Part shown: positions 18,094 to 27,525 of the stretch, in pieces
How positions within the stretch are numbered: position 1 is the stretch's first letter
How the letters are laid out: every line of letters begins with the position of its first letter
DNA from: Patescibacteria group bacterium
GTDB lineage: Bacteria > Patescibacteriota > Dojkabacteria > JAKAPS01
Reading direction: 5' to 3'
Assembly: GCA_025450075.1 (NCBI GenBank)
Contig: JANWIC010000006.1
Coordinates: 1-63,246 of the forward strand
DNA length: 63,246 nt
Notes under the pieces: generated by a model
What the model was told of the DNA's origin: nothing
The model's database searches: none
What the model saw: only the letters and a program-made list of their open reading frames with translations
Position numbers and translations under genes: made by a program

Positions 18094-19632
18094 TCAATGT
18101 AGAGGTCTGTTTCCCAGTAATTGGTCTAAAGTCCCTCTTCGTATATGTTCTACCATTTGATTAAGTGTAAAACCTCCTTCAGGATGATAATGATTTAAAA
18201 TTTGATCATGAATATAAGCAAGTATATCAGTTGTAATACCAGATAGACGGACAATTTTGATTTCTAATGGAACAGGCAATACTTGATACATTGAAGATTC
18301 TCTCAATTGTAGAATTTCACCAACTACCTGTAATTCTGGATGAGTTCTTTTAAATGCTTCTACTAAATAATTATGGGTTTGATCATCATCAGGAATTACA
18401 ATTGTAACTTGTGCGGGTTTAGATGAATTAAAAAATCTTGTTTCACGGAGTCCTGATAATGCAACAATATCTGCTATCATACTTAATCTCCCAGGGGGAT
18501 TATATGTGGTATCCATAAATGATATAGGGAGCATAAATCCTGTTACTCGAGGTGATTTATTATTTTCCATTACCAGACATATTGGCATTCTTTTTATTAA
18601 TCCAGATGGAAGGGACCCCTCACTATCTTCATGATTTCGAAAAATTGAACGTAAAATATCCCATGACTGATTATCAGAGGTAAATGGATATCCACCACTC
18701 CATGCAGACGAATTAATCATTACCAGATGGTCAAATATTATTCGTGGAACTTGAGTATCAAACTTTTCTATTAATGTTTTAACTTTCATTCTTGAAGCAA
18801 TTCTAATTAAATCGTTATATACTTGTGCGAAAAATTCTTGAACAAACTTTTGTTGATCTTCAATATGAAGAGGATTACTTAATCTGCTACGAGCATTATA
18901 ATAAGCTTCTGCAATGCATCGTTGTAGTATTAATTCTTGTTGATGCGTAAGAAATAATCTTGGCAATTCTAATCCACTTTGCTGTTCAATGTATGCAACT
19001 CTTCGATCAATTTCCTGAGGATCAACTTCTAGTGTATATGCATCAAATTGAATTCCATGTCTTTTATGTTCACGAGCTAAACTTACACTACTACTTCCTG
19101 TTATTAGCTTTATGGTAAAGGTTTCAGAAAATAGTTCCGGATATTTAGCGCGAAGTGTTTGTAAGCCTTTAAGTTGTGAGTCTAATGTATCGAGATCTAC
19201 ATGCTCTTGAAAAATGTAAATTTCATTTATAAGAGATTCATTTTTATGAAAAACAAATGAAAAATAAGGTATAAGGCCATCTGTAAATGGAGTTTTAAGT
19301 ATTGTCTCGGATTGATCTCCAGGGCCTCCTAAAACTCTACAAATTCTAGAACTTGCTAGTGGAGAAACAACTCTTCCTGTTAAGGTATTCTCTAATCTAT
19401 TGAGCATATAATTAGCAAATACTTGTGCCCTTATATCTACCATACAAGCTGTATCTGTCCTTAGATTTCTAGAAGTTCCCTCATAACCTCTGATTCGGTT
19501 CCAAAGATTTTCCCATTGATACAAACCGAATTCTTCTACCAGGGGATTTTCTGATTCAGAATATGTTGGATCGGAATTTGATCCATCTTCCTTAAGAATT
19601 CTTGCTAGAGTATATTCATTTAATATCTCCAT
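18094..19632 (-). CDS. hypothetical protein (orphan, 512 aa)
   Basis: Uninterrupted 512-codon ORF with balanced composition, no TM or signal peptide and no recognisable motif. Confidence 0.75.
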   Translation of the reverse strand: MEILNEYTLARILKEDGSNSDPTYSESENPLVEEFGLYQWENLWNRIRGYEGTSRNLRTDTACMVDIRAQVFANYMLNRLENTLTGRVVSPLASSRICRVLGGPGDQSETILKTPFTDGLIPYFSFVFHKNESLINEIYIFQEHVDLDTLDSQLKGLQTLRAKYPELFSETFTIKLITGSSSVSLAREHKRHGIQFDAYTLEVDPQEIDRRVAYIEQQSGLELPRLFLTHQQELILQRCIAEAYYNARSRLSNPLHIEDQQKFVQEFFAQVYNDLIRIASRMKVKTLIEKFDTQVPRIIFDHLVMINSSAWSGGYPFTSDNQSWDILRSIFRNHEDSEGSLPSGLIKRMPICLVMENNKSPRVTGFMLPISFMDTTYNPPGRLSMIADIVALSGLRETRFFNSSKPAQVTIVIPDDDQTHNYLVEAFKRTHPELQVVGEILQLRESSMYQVLPVPLEIKIVRLSGITTDILAYIHDQILNHYHPEGGFTLNQMVEHIRRGTLDQLLGNRPLH

Positions 19633-19727
19633 AAATAATAAAAGATGAGGTCATTATACAACTCTCGTATTAAAATGATAAATAAGTCTAAAAGAACACT
19701 TGAAATCAATAAACTCAGCCAATCATT

Positions 19728-20228
19728 TCATTGGACTACCTTATAATGGAGTTGAATAGAATCATTTGAAAGTTTTGTAAAATTGAGAAGTTCTAATCGA
19801 AGTGATATTGTAGAATCATGGAAAAATGGAATACCACTTCCATATAGAAACGGTTCAATATCGATTACTACCTCATCGACTAATTCCTTTTCTAAAAGCA
19901 TTGTATTTATTTCCTTCCCTCCAGCAATGTTCACTGCTTCATGACCTTGGTTTTCAAGATATGCAATTGCTTCAGAAAGTGAGGTAAATGGTAATGCAAA
20001 ATCTTCCTCAATTGGTCTATGGGTAATGACGGCAATTGTCGCATGTAATGAATCAAATACCCCATCCTGGAGCATAATGTCATATGTGGTTCTTCCAATA
20101 ATTAATGCTTTTACTTCATTAATTCTTCTTTTATACTCTTCCCATTCCTCATCACTCCATTCCGTCGAGTTATCATTTTTTGCAATATATCCATTAACTG
20201 ATGATGCTAAATAAAGGATTTTTTTCAT
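19728..20228 (-). CDS. dihydrofolate-reductase-like / RibD C-terminal domain protein
   Basis: MKKILYLASSVNGYIAKND...LIIGRTTYD...NIAGG pattern of the RibD_C/DHFR-like family. Confidence 0.65.
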   Translation of the reverse strand: MKKILYLASSVNGYIAKNDNSTEWSDEEWEEYKRRINEVKALIIGRTTYDIMLQDGVFDSLHATIAVITHRPIEEDFALPFTSLSEAIAYLENQGHEAVNIAGGKEINTMLLEKELVDEVVIDIEPFLYGSGIPFFHDSTISLRLELLNFTKLSNDSIQLHYKVVQ

Positions 20229-20350
20229 TATACAAATGGGTGAAGTAAAGATTGTAATTTTGAGATGAATGAATCGGCCTCTTCTTTTGTATTATCAAAG
20301 GAAGTAACAAATCGGACTTCATTTGATTCATGTAATATATCCGTTATACC
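20228..20350 (-). pseudogene. C-terminal relic (40 codons) of a PLP-dependent enzyme (threonine-aldolase/aminotransferase-like)
   Basis: The reverse frame reads GITDILHESNEVRFVTSFDNTKEEADSFISKLQSLLHPFV*. In-frame TAG just upstream (20354-20356) and no start codon. Its TAA shares a base with the downstream ATG (TAATG at 20226-20230). VRFVTS.D...EE.D matches the C-terminal pattern of threonine aldolases as I recall it. Confidence 0.35.
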
Positions 20351-20375
20351 ATACTATGTTTTTCTGAGCAACTCA

Positions 20376-21332
20376 TTATTTTTTATATCGAGGTTTTTTT
20401 AAAAGAAGAAAGATAAGTATGAATGGAACTCTTAATGGAAATCTACCAGAATATGCAAGATACTGATCTTGTAATATATCGGGTTTGTATTTCATCTTAA
20501 ATGAATTTAGTCCCGAGAATGTATAGAACTTAGGGATACCCGTCCGATAAATTAATGAAAAGAGTAATCGTGCAACTGGATGTTTAATATATTTTATCGA
20601 ATCCAAAAGAGGAGCAATTCCTAAATTAACCCCATATCCTTCATTTAAAAGAGTCAGCATAGATGATATTAGTATAAAATCAACTCCTTCAGGAAAATAG
20701 GTATGGTGATCACATCTTCCGAATAACTTAATGTTCCATTGCGTGTTTAACTGTGTTTTGTAATACAACACATAACTGATGATATCGTTATTATGTTTTG
20801 CAACAAATAGCCGTTTTGAAAAATTATCACAGGTATGGCTATCTAGAACAAAATGGAGAGATTTATCATGCGGAAGCCGATTCATCGTTTCATTAATATC
20901 TTTAGTTATCTCTTCAATTATCAATCCGTGATTCTTCCCTATATGTAAAGATCTCCTAAGTGATTTTCTTTTCCCCTCAGTTAAGTCAAGTTTTTTTGTA
21001 AGAATGGCATCATATCCGATGAAAAAGAAATGGTAATTTTCTTTTTTAAGAATTTTTCTCATATCATTATCGATGCATAAAAAATATATATGCATTTTCT
21101 TTCCTGCAAAGCAGGCAAAAAATTCATGCAATACCTCTTCATAGTTAACAGGTTTTGCATGCGGGTTTCCAATTACGATCAATTGCTTCCCCACTTTGTA
21201 ATATTGGATATATCCGTGTGAGGCGGAAAAATAATACATGAATGAATTGCATGCAGTATAAAAGTAGGGGTTTGATGAATCGGTACTGATTCTTTCTACG
21301 TCAGTTTTGGAAAGGCATTGTATTATATTCAC
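20376..21332 (-). CDS. stand-alone MprF C-terminal-like (DUF2156 / aminoacyl-phosphatidylglycerol synthase catalytic domain) transferase
   Basis: By-eye alignment with S. aureus MprF C-terminus: IVIGNPHAK~LIMGEPAGD; LTEGKRKSLRRSL~LKGNKYKPFRNAL; PEGVDFILISSML..GYGVNLGIAPL~PNGVMDFLFLSLF..GYHYFDLGMAPL; FYTFSGLNSFKMKYKP~FYSFNGLHKYKKKFTP. No N-terminal TM/flippase domain. GTG start, GTGA overlap with the upstream gene. Confidence 0.7.
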   Translation of the reverse strand: MNIIQCLSKTDVERISTDSSNPYFYTACNSFMYYFSASHGYIQYYKVGKQLIVIGNPHAKPVNYEEVLHEFFACFAGKKMHIYFLCIDNDMRKILKKENYHFFFIGYDAILTKKLDLTEGKRKSLRRSLHIGKNHGLIIEEITKDINETMNRLPHDKSLHFVLDSHTCDNFSKRLFVAKHNNDIISYVLYYKTQLNTQWNIKLFGRCDHHTYFPEGVDFILISSMLTLLNEGYGVNLGIAPLLDSIKYIKHPVARLLFSLIYRTGIPKFYTFSGLNSFKMKYKPDILQDQYLAYSGRFPLRVPFILIFLLLKKPRYKK

Positions 21333-22483
21333 GGATGGATTATTGATAAGTAATAAGGAAGTAAGAGAAACTGGGTTATGAAAAAACCAAAAATGTAATT
21401 TAGCCGGAGAAATATCATCCAGACATTTCTTGCCTTTTTTTCATCTGAGTTGAAAGAAAGTCTTGCAACATTAATTGGATATGCAATAAGAACGATACCA
21501 AGAAGCATTGTGAGAGCTGATCGTGAAAGGATAAGAAAAATGATTGCAATACTATAACAAATGGTTGCATAATATGCAGTAATTCTTGCTCCCATAACTG
21601 TTGCGACACTCTTCATTCCAGCTTGTCTGTCGGAAGAAATGTCTTGAATAGCACCCATGGATTGGGAAGCCATCCCCCACATGAAGAAAGAAAATAGTAC
21701 CTCAAACGGTAAATTTCTTATCCCTATTGCAAAAAGCATAGCAAGAAGTGGAAGAACAAAATGAAAACTTGAATTTATCGAATCAAGAAATGGTATCTCT
21801 TTAATCCTGAATGGTTTTGCACTATATGTAATCGCAAAAAATATCAATGCAAGGAAAATTGGAATAAGTTTGGAACTGAAGAAAAGAAAATATAAAAGGA
21901 ATGGAATATGTGAACCTAGAAAGAATAAAATCATTTGTGTAAATGACTGGTCTACTTTCGCTCCATCCAACTTTCCTTTGCGTGTATTAACCGCATCAGA
22001 TTCCTTATCGAAATAATCATTGATTCCATAAACACAAAAATTGTATGGAATTATGGTATAACCTAATAAGATAATGATCGATGGGGTTAAGATTGTGTGA
22101 TAAATAAGAAGCGCCCAAATACCAGGAACAAATGTATTCGGCCATAATGTAGGACGGGATATGATGAAATATCGCTTTAAATTTTTGATACTTACATGGT
22201 AATCTGTTTCATATAAAATTGCAGGAAGGTATGCAAGACAAAATCCATAGAGCAGGTCTTCGATTGGCATATAAGGGATACGAATATTTAATGTATGAGC
22301 GATAAAGTGGAACCGGAATACCCCTGCTATGTTTAAAATATTATCAAAAATGAATGTGAATAAAAGGAATATTCCTTCATATATCCAGAATACTTTCTTA
22401 GTGGAGACTTTCGCGCCTGATATAATATCTATGAAAAAAAGTATGCTTCCAATTATGAGAGCGAAAAATAAAAAGTTATCCAT
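21329..22483 (-). CDS. fusion of lycopene-cyclase-domain subunit and UbiA-family lycopene elongase (CrtYf-CrtEb / LbtBC-like)
   Basis: The N-terminal ~100 aa form a 3-TM cyclase-type domain with MPIEDLLY. The remainder is a UbiA prenyltransferase with Asp boxes NDYFDKESD and DISSDRQAG. ATG 22483 (MDNFLFF) preferred over 22516 and gives an 8-nt overlap with the upstream gene. Confidence 0.75.
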   Translation of the reverse strand: MDNFLFFALIIGSILFFIDIISGAKVSTKKVFWIYEGIFLLFTFIFDNILNIAGVFRFHFIAHTLNIRIPYMPIEDLLYGFCLAYLPAILYETDYHVSIKNLKRYFIISRPTLWPNTFVPGIWALLIYHTILTPSIIILLGYTIIPYNFCVYGINDYFDKESDAVNTRKGKLDGAKVDQSFTQMILFFLGSHIPFLLYFLFFSSKLIPIFLALIFFAITYSAKPFRIKEIPFLDSINSSFHFVLPLLAMLFAIGIRNLPFEVLFSFFMWGMASQSMGAIQDISSDRQAGMKSVATVMGARITAYYATICYSIAIIFLILSRSALTMLLGIVLIAYPINVARLSFNSDEKKARNVWMIFLRLNYIFGFFITQFLLLPYYLSIIHP

Positions 22484-22784
22484 GTTTTTGTAAAAATGAA
22501 TAGAGTGATAAAGCAAATGTTGTTGAACTTGCTAAAAAGAATAGCTCTTCTATCGGATATTGATAAAAAAGAAATAATCCGGATAATTTATCAGGATTAG
22601 AGAACCATATTGATTGTGAAATTCCCCATATATCCCATAGGGTAAAAAAACAAATATTTAAACCCACTATTATTACTATTCGCATAAATTTTTGCTTTTG
22701 AACACTAAGCAGATAAAAGGATAGCCCAATTAGCATGGTACAAACAGATACAATGTAAAGCCAATGATGTAGTAGGTTTTGCAT
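22476..22784 (-). CDS. small lycopene-cyclase-domain protein (heterodimeric carotenoid cyclase subunit, CrtYe/CrtYc-like)
   Basis: 102 aa, 3 TM, YPIEELFF motif characteristic of the lycopene cyclase domain. Confidence 0.7.
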   Translation of the reverse strand: MQNLLHHWLYIVSVCTMLIGLSFYLLSVQKQKFMRIVIIVGLNICFFTLWDIWGISQSIWFSNPDKLSGLFLFYQYPIEELFFLASSTTFALSLYSFLQKHG

Positions 22785-22871
22785 AGATTTGATTATCGGA
22801 ATGATTGTATCATCATATTTATGGAAAACAAAAGTCTGAGGTATAGTATAATCAATTGATTGCTAATTATT

Positions 22872-24347
22872 ATGAAAAAAGTCATTGTAGTCGGTGGAGG
22901 ATTAGGCGGTATTGCAACTGCGCTTCGTCTTCAATCGCAAGGGTTTAATACAACAATTATTGAGAAAAATAATACATTAGGGGGTAGATTAAATACTTTA
23001 CAAGAAAACGGATACCGTTTCGACCTTGGACCTTCCCTTATTGAATGGGTAGAAGTATTTAATGAGCTGTTTTCCTACGTTGGAAAAGATATGCAATCAT
23101 TTCTTGATTTTCATCGTCTACCTATTGCCTACAAAATATATTTCAAAGATGGGGACAGTATTACAGTTTATGCAGATATGCAAAAACTTGGGAAAGAATT
23201 AGAAAAATATGAAAAAGATGCGAGTAAGAAACTCGAAGCTTTTCTGGAAGAAAATAGGAAAAAATTTGAAATGCTCATGAACCTGGTGTTAACAAAAGAA
23301 GCAACGTTGCAAATGTTTTTGAATCCTAAGTTGTTGTTTATAGCGGTAAGATTCGGACTACTATGTTCATATACTCATGATATAAAGAAGTATTTTTCAA
23401 ATCCAAAAATTATTGATCTATTATCATTCCAGAATATATATTTCGGAACCGATCCGGATAAAGATCCTGCAATTTATACCATCCTTCCCTATGGTGAAAT
23501 TGCTCTTGGAGTATATTACCTCCAAGGTGGAATATACAGGATTGTTGAGACTCTTGAAACAATTGCGATAAAGATGGGAATTTCAATATTAAAAAATACG
23601 GAAGTGACGAAAATCAATATAAAGAATGGAATAATTACAGGAATACTGACAAAATCAGGAGAGAATATAAAGAGTGATATTGTTGTCGTAAATGAAAATA
23701 TAGCGAGTGCATCACATGATCTGATCGAAGAGAACTATCAGGATTATTCAGATTCATATTTTAAAAAAGCATCATTTTCTTCCTCAGTGATAACAATTTA
23801 TTTAGGGTTGAAAAAGACATTTCCAAATGCACAACACCATATGTTTTTTGTTGCAAAAACAGTCAAAGAATCAATACATGATATGCAACATAAACAAACA
23901 AGTACCTGGGATCCTTCTTTCTATATTAATATCCCAAGCATAACTGATCCAACATGTGCTCAAAAAGGACATAGTGCAGCATTTGTATTAATTCCTGTTC
24001 CAAATATTCAATATATGAAGGAATGGGATATATCTTCTTTGAAAAAGATCGTGTATGATCATATTGAAAATGACTTAAAACTATCCGGATTTATCAATTC
24101 AATTGAGTTTGAATCGATTATGACTCCACGAGATTGGAAAAGAAAATTTAATCTTTATCATGGAAGCACATTTGGGATGTCTCTACAATTAAATCAATTA
24201 GGGCCATTCAGGCCAGCTTGTAAATCAAAAAAGGTAGACGGATTATATTTTGTTGGTGCAGATATGCATCCCGGATCAGGACTCCCTCCTGTTCTTTTAA
24301 GTGCTCGTATTACATCGGATAAGATTCTACATGAAACAAAAAGATAA
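22872..24347 (+). CDS. crtI: phytoene desaturase
   Basis: VIVVGGGLGGIATALRL FAD fold and C-terminal YFVGADMHPGSGLPPVLLSA. First ATG at 22872 (track: TTG 22860). Confidence 0.9.
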   Translation: MKKVIVVGGGLGGIATALRLQSQGFNTTIIEKNNTLGGRLNTLQENGYRFDLGPSLIEWVEVFNELFSYVGKDMQSFLDFHRLPIAYKIYFKDGDSITVYADMQKLGKELEKYEKDASKKLEAFLEENRKKFEMLMNLVLTKEATLQMFLNPKLLFIAVRFGLLCSYTHDIKKYFSNPKIIDLLSFQNIYFGTDPDKDPAIYTILPYGEIALGVYYLQGGIYRIVETLETIAIKMGISILKNTEVTKINIKNGIITGILTKSGENIKSDIVVVNENIASASHDLIEENYQDYSDSYFKKASFSSSVITIYLGLKKTFPNAQHHMFFVAKTVKESIHDMQHKQTSTWDPSFYINIPSITDPTCAQKGHSAAFVLIPVPNIQYMKEWDISSLKKIVYDHIENDLKLSGFINSIEFESIMTPRDWKRKFNLYHGSTFGMSLQLNQLGPFRPACKSKKVDGLYFVGADMHPGSGLPPVLLSARITSDKILHETKR

Positions 24348-25281
24348 GCTAGAACTAGGAAAAAGACTTTTGCGTATGCATGGAAGAACATACAGCATTG
24401 CCAGTTTTTTCTTTCCACAAAAAACAAGAGAAAATGTTTATGCTTTGTATGCTTTTGTTCGAACCCTTGATGATAAGGTTGATGAAAAACATGAAGATGA
24501 TGCTGAAATCAAAAAATATTTCGATGAAAAGCGAAATGAAATTATGGCGCATCAAAGCAATGATGATGCAATAATGCCTTTTATTACAATGTGTAAATTA
24601 CTACATATACAAGAAATTTATCCTATGACATTTATCAATGCTATGGAAAATGATTTATACGTGATCCGATATGATTCGTTTTCCACACTTGAAGAATATA
24701 TGTATGGGTCAGCGTATGTGATTGGAATAATGCTTGGCAATATCATGAGGGTACCAAAAAAATATATTCCGAATGCAGGGCTTCTTGGAAATGCGATGCA
24801 ATTGACTAACTTTTTGCGAGATATTGGTGAAGATCTTGACCGCGGACGGATATACATTCCGCAAGAATATTTAAAGATGTTTGGAGTATCAGAGACTATG
24901 CTTCAAAAAAGAATGGTAAACAAATCTTTTATTGAGTTATATGCTTTCTTAATAAAGAAAAATAGAGAAATGTATATGGAAGCAAATAAAGGAATTAAGT
25001 CTATCCCATCTTTCCGCTCAAGAATTGCAGTCAGTCTTGCTTCTCTTTTATATGAAAAAATTCTGGATAAGATAGAAGCAAAACAATACAAGATTTTTAA
25101 TGAGCGTGTATATATAACCACTTGGGATAAAGTCTTGAGTGTATTGTATGTGGTTGTTTTGGAATCTTTTCGATTGCCTTTTCTATTTCTTCAAAGAAAT
25201 AAATATTGGGGAATATTTACAGACGCAATCCATAAAACGATAGCTTTCATTTGCGCAGGATTTTGTAATCAAAGTGCTTAA
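24331..25281 (+). CDS. crtB: phytoene synthase
   Basis: Asp-rich boxes YAFVRTLDDKVDE and NFLRDIGEDLDRGRIYIP. ATG 24331 overlaps the crtI end by 17 nt (track: GTG 24301). Confidence 0.9.
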   Translation: MKQKDKLELGKRLLRMHGRTYSIASFFFPQKTRENVYALYAFVRTLDDKVDEKHEDDAEIKKYFDEKRNEIMAHQSNDDAIMPFITMCKLLHIQEIYPMTFINAMENDLYVIRYDSFSTLEEYMYGSAYVIGIMLGNIMRVPKKYIPNAGLLGNAMQLTNFLRDIGEDLDRGRIYIPQEYLKMFGVSETMLQKRMVNKSFIELYAFLIKKNREMYMEANKGIKSIPSFRSRIAVSLASLLYEKILDKIEAKQYKIFNERVYITTWDKVLSVLYVVVLESFRLPFLFLQRNKYWGIFTDAIHKTIAFICAGFCNQSA

Positions 25282-25283
25282 TT

Positions 25284-26600
25284 TTAACTGTTTGAAGATA
25301 ATATTCTTTTTGTCTCAACCTTATACGACTCAACATTCGGCTGATCAAACGTATTGACATGGAGTAATTTGCCAAGATACATCATTTCTATCATTTTAAA
25401 TTGCATAAATTGACCAATTGAAAACAATGAAAGTGATTCAAGGTCAACTGATATAAATGGAAGATTTTTATGCTCATATGTTACCATGACACCTTCTAAG
25501 ATCGCATGGAGAATATCAGAAGTTGATTTAGATGCGATGTTATCAACAAGTCCTTCCATTGTTATTTCTTGTGGAAGAGAAAGAGACTCATCTGAGTTAA
25601 AAGCAAATACAAATTCTGTCATTTTGTCTTTCGGACCTCCAAGATATAACTGGCCAACAGAGTGCAAGTCAGTAGATCCAATAGATAAGTTTGGAGTAAT
25701 TCCAGTATTTACTATATTTCCATCAAGATCTTGTTCTTTGCCGATACTTTCTCCCATGAGCTGCCTGTACCATTTTCCAATTGATTCAAAATTTGATTGG
25801 AAGATAAAAGTATCATGAATAGTTTTACCTTGTTTAAGCTGGTTGAATTGTGCAATTGCAGATATAGCTGCTGGATTTTGTAATATGTTATGTGATAAGC
25901 AAGTATTTCTCATATCCAATGCACCTTGCAATATTTCCTTTGTATTTATCCCTGCTGCTTCAAGAGGAAAAATCCCCACAGGAGAAAATACACTAAATCT
26001 TCCTCCAACCGGTTTTGGAATTGGGAGACATGCAATACCCATCTCATGAGCTTTGTTCCATAAATGAGAATCTTCATCCGTTATAGCTATAACATTACGA
26101 AGTTCTTGTGCAAATATTTGAGAAGCATACGTATGTAACAGTTCAAAGTTTGCTACAGTCTCGGTTGTACCGCCTGATTTTGAAATAAGGACAATGAGAA
26201 CTTCTTCAGGTGTTATTCCCTGAGATTGTAATGAGGAACAGGTTCGTTTCATTTGTTCATTATTTACTGTATCCAAAAAAAGCATTTTAGGGTATCGATG
26301 TGGCTCAATCATGTCAAAAAAGCCATAGAATGCATCATAGATAGCCTTGGTTCCAAGGTTCGACCCTCCTATCCCGATATCAATGATATATTTAATTTTA
26401 GAGAGATCAAAATTATTTGCTAATGAACGTGACTTCTCATACAAATCATTATCACCCGGCATTAATATTGAAGATTCATACACTTCATACTCATGTCCAT
26501 CTACAACTTGTTGAAGTATATCAATGTATGGATGAAGAGATTCACCAGTCTGGATAAACGTATCTTCGGATACTTTAGAATGAGAAAAGTTTAATTTCAT
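25284..26600 (-). CDS. pgi: glucose-6-phosphate isomerase (short type)
   Basis: IGIGGSNLG, SKSGGTTET and GGRFSV motifs. ATG at 26600 (the track start at 26609 is TTG). One nt separates it from the transaldolase stop. Confidence 0.85.
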   Translation of the reverse strand: MKLNFSHSKVSEDTFIQTGESLHPYIDILQQVVDGHEYEVYESSILMPGDNDLYEKSRSLANNFDLSKIKYIIDIGIGGSNLGTKAIYDAFYGFFDMIEPHRYPKMLFLDTVNNEQMKRTCSSLQSQGITPEEVLIVLISKSGGTTETVANFELLHTYASQIFAQELRNVIAITDEDSHLWNKAHEMGIACLPIPKPVGGRFSVFSPVGIFPLEAAGINTKEILQGALDMRNTCLSHNILQNPAAISAIAQFNQLKQGKTIHDTFIFQSNFESIGKWYRQLMGESIGKEQDLDGNIVNTGITPNLSIGSTDLHSVGQLYLGGPKDKMTEFVFAFNSDESLSLPQEITMEGLVDNIASKSTSDILHAILEGVMVTYEHKNLPFISVDLESLSLFSIGQFMQFKMIEMMYLGKLLHVNTFDQPNVESYKVETKRILSSNS

Positions 26601-26601
26601 A

Positions 26602-27462
26602 TTATGCAAATAATGTATTTATATCCTGCATGAATTTCTCAACCCCTTTTGTTGTCAGTTCATGTTGAATATCGAATTCGGTATATGGCAATTGAAGATT
26701 AAGATCTTTATATGGAATATCTTGTAGTGAAGGAGTGTTATAGGAGAATTGTTCATCAGGAACAGGCATCCCTTGTTTGGCCCAATCATCTATTACTGAA
26801 AATGGAATTGTTATGATGTCTGAATGCAATGCCAGTGCTGCCATCAATTGGTTAACATTGCGGATACTTGCTGCAAGTACCTCTACATGATGGTCAGAGT
26901 TATTAAACATTTGTAAAATATTTCGTACAACTGATATACCGTTTTGTCCAATATCATCAAGCCGTCCAATAAAAGGAGATACAAAAGTACTTCCCCTTTG
27001 TGCTCCATTTGTTGAGCTATATACAGCTGCTGCCTGGTTTTGTGAGAAACATAATGTCATATTTACCCGGTTTCCATCCTGGGAAAACTTTTGTGCTGCT
27101 GCAAGACCTGCAGGAATAATAGGGAATTTAATATGTGCATTTGGAATCCACGAATACATTTCATATGCCTGATGAAGCATATCGTCAGTAGTTGTTGAAT
27201 AATCTGCAAAAACCTCGATTGAAACAGATCCGTCAGGAATGAGTGAAGATATGTTTTGTACAATCCCTTTATATAAAGGAAAAATATTTTCTCGAGTAAC
27301 TTGACCATTTGCTTTCATCTCCCCTATTTCCGGCACTTTCACAAGAAGTGTGGGATTAGTTGTTTGACCATCAAGAAAACCAAGGACATCTATGGCTTTT
27401 TTTGTTTCTGCCGGATCACCGCTATCTAAAAAAATCTTTGAGGACAGGTGTATGGGTCTCAT
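26602..27462 (-). CDS. tal: transaldolase-family protein
   Basis: FLDSGDP...GQTTNPTL and HIKFPI (Schiff-base Lys context). Confidence 0.8.
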   Translation of the reverse strand: MRPIHLSSKIFLDSGDPAETKKAIDVLGFLDGQTTNPTLLVKVPEIGEMKANGQVTRENIFPLYKGIVQNISSLIPDGSVSIEVFADYSTTTDDMLHQAYEMYSWIPNAHIKFPIIPAGLAAAQKFSQDGNRVNMTLCFSQNQAAAVYSSTNGAQRGSTFVSPFIGRLDDIGQNGISVVRNILQMFNNSDHHVEVLAASIRNVNQLMAALALHSDIITIPFSVIDDWAKQGMPVPDEQFSYNTPSLQDIPYKDLNLQLPYTEFDIQHELTTKGVEKFMQDINTLFA

Positions 27463-27525
27463 ATGCTTGTAAAATATACTTCTTACAATATATATGATTT
27501 CTCATCATTTTACAAAAAACATTAC

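Noticed and set aside
25284-27462. Transaldolase and glucose-6-phosphate isomerase as a fused bifunctional gene.
   Set aside because: A TAA (26602-26604) ends the transaldolase ORF, and pgi starts at its own ATG (26600) one nt later. These are two ordinary adjacent genes of central metabolism.
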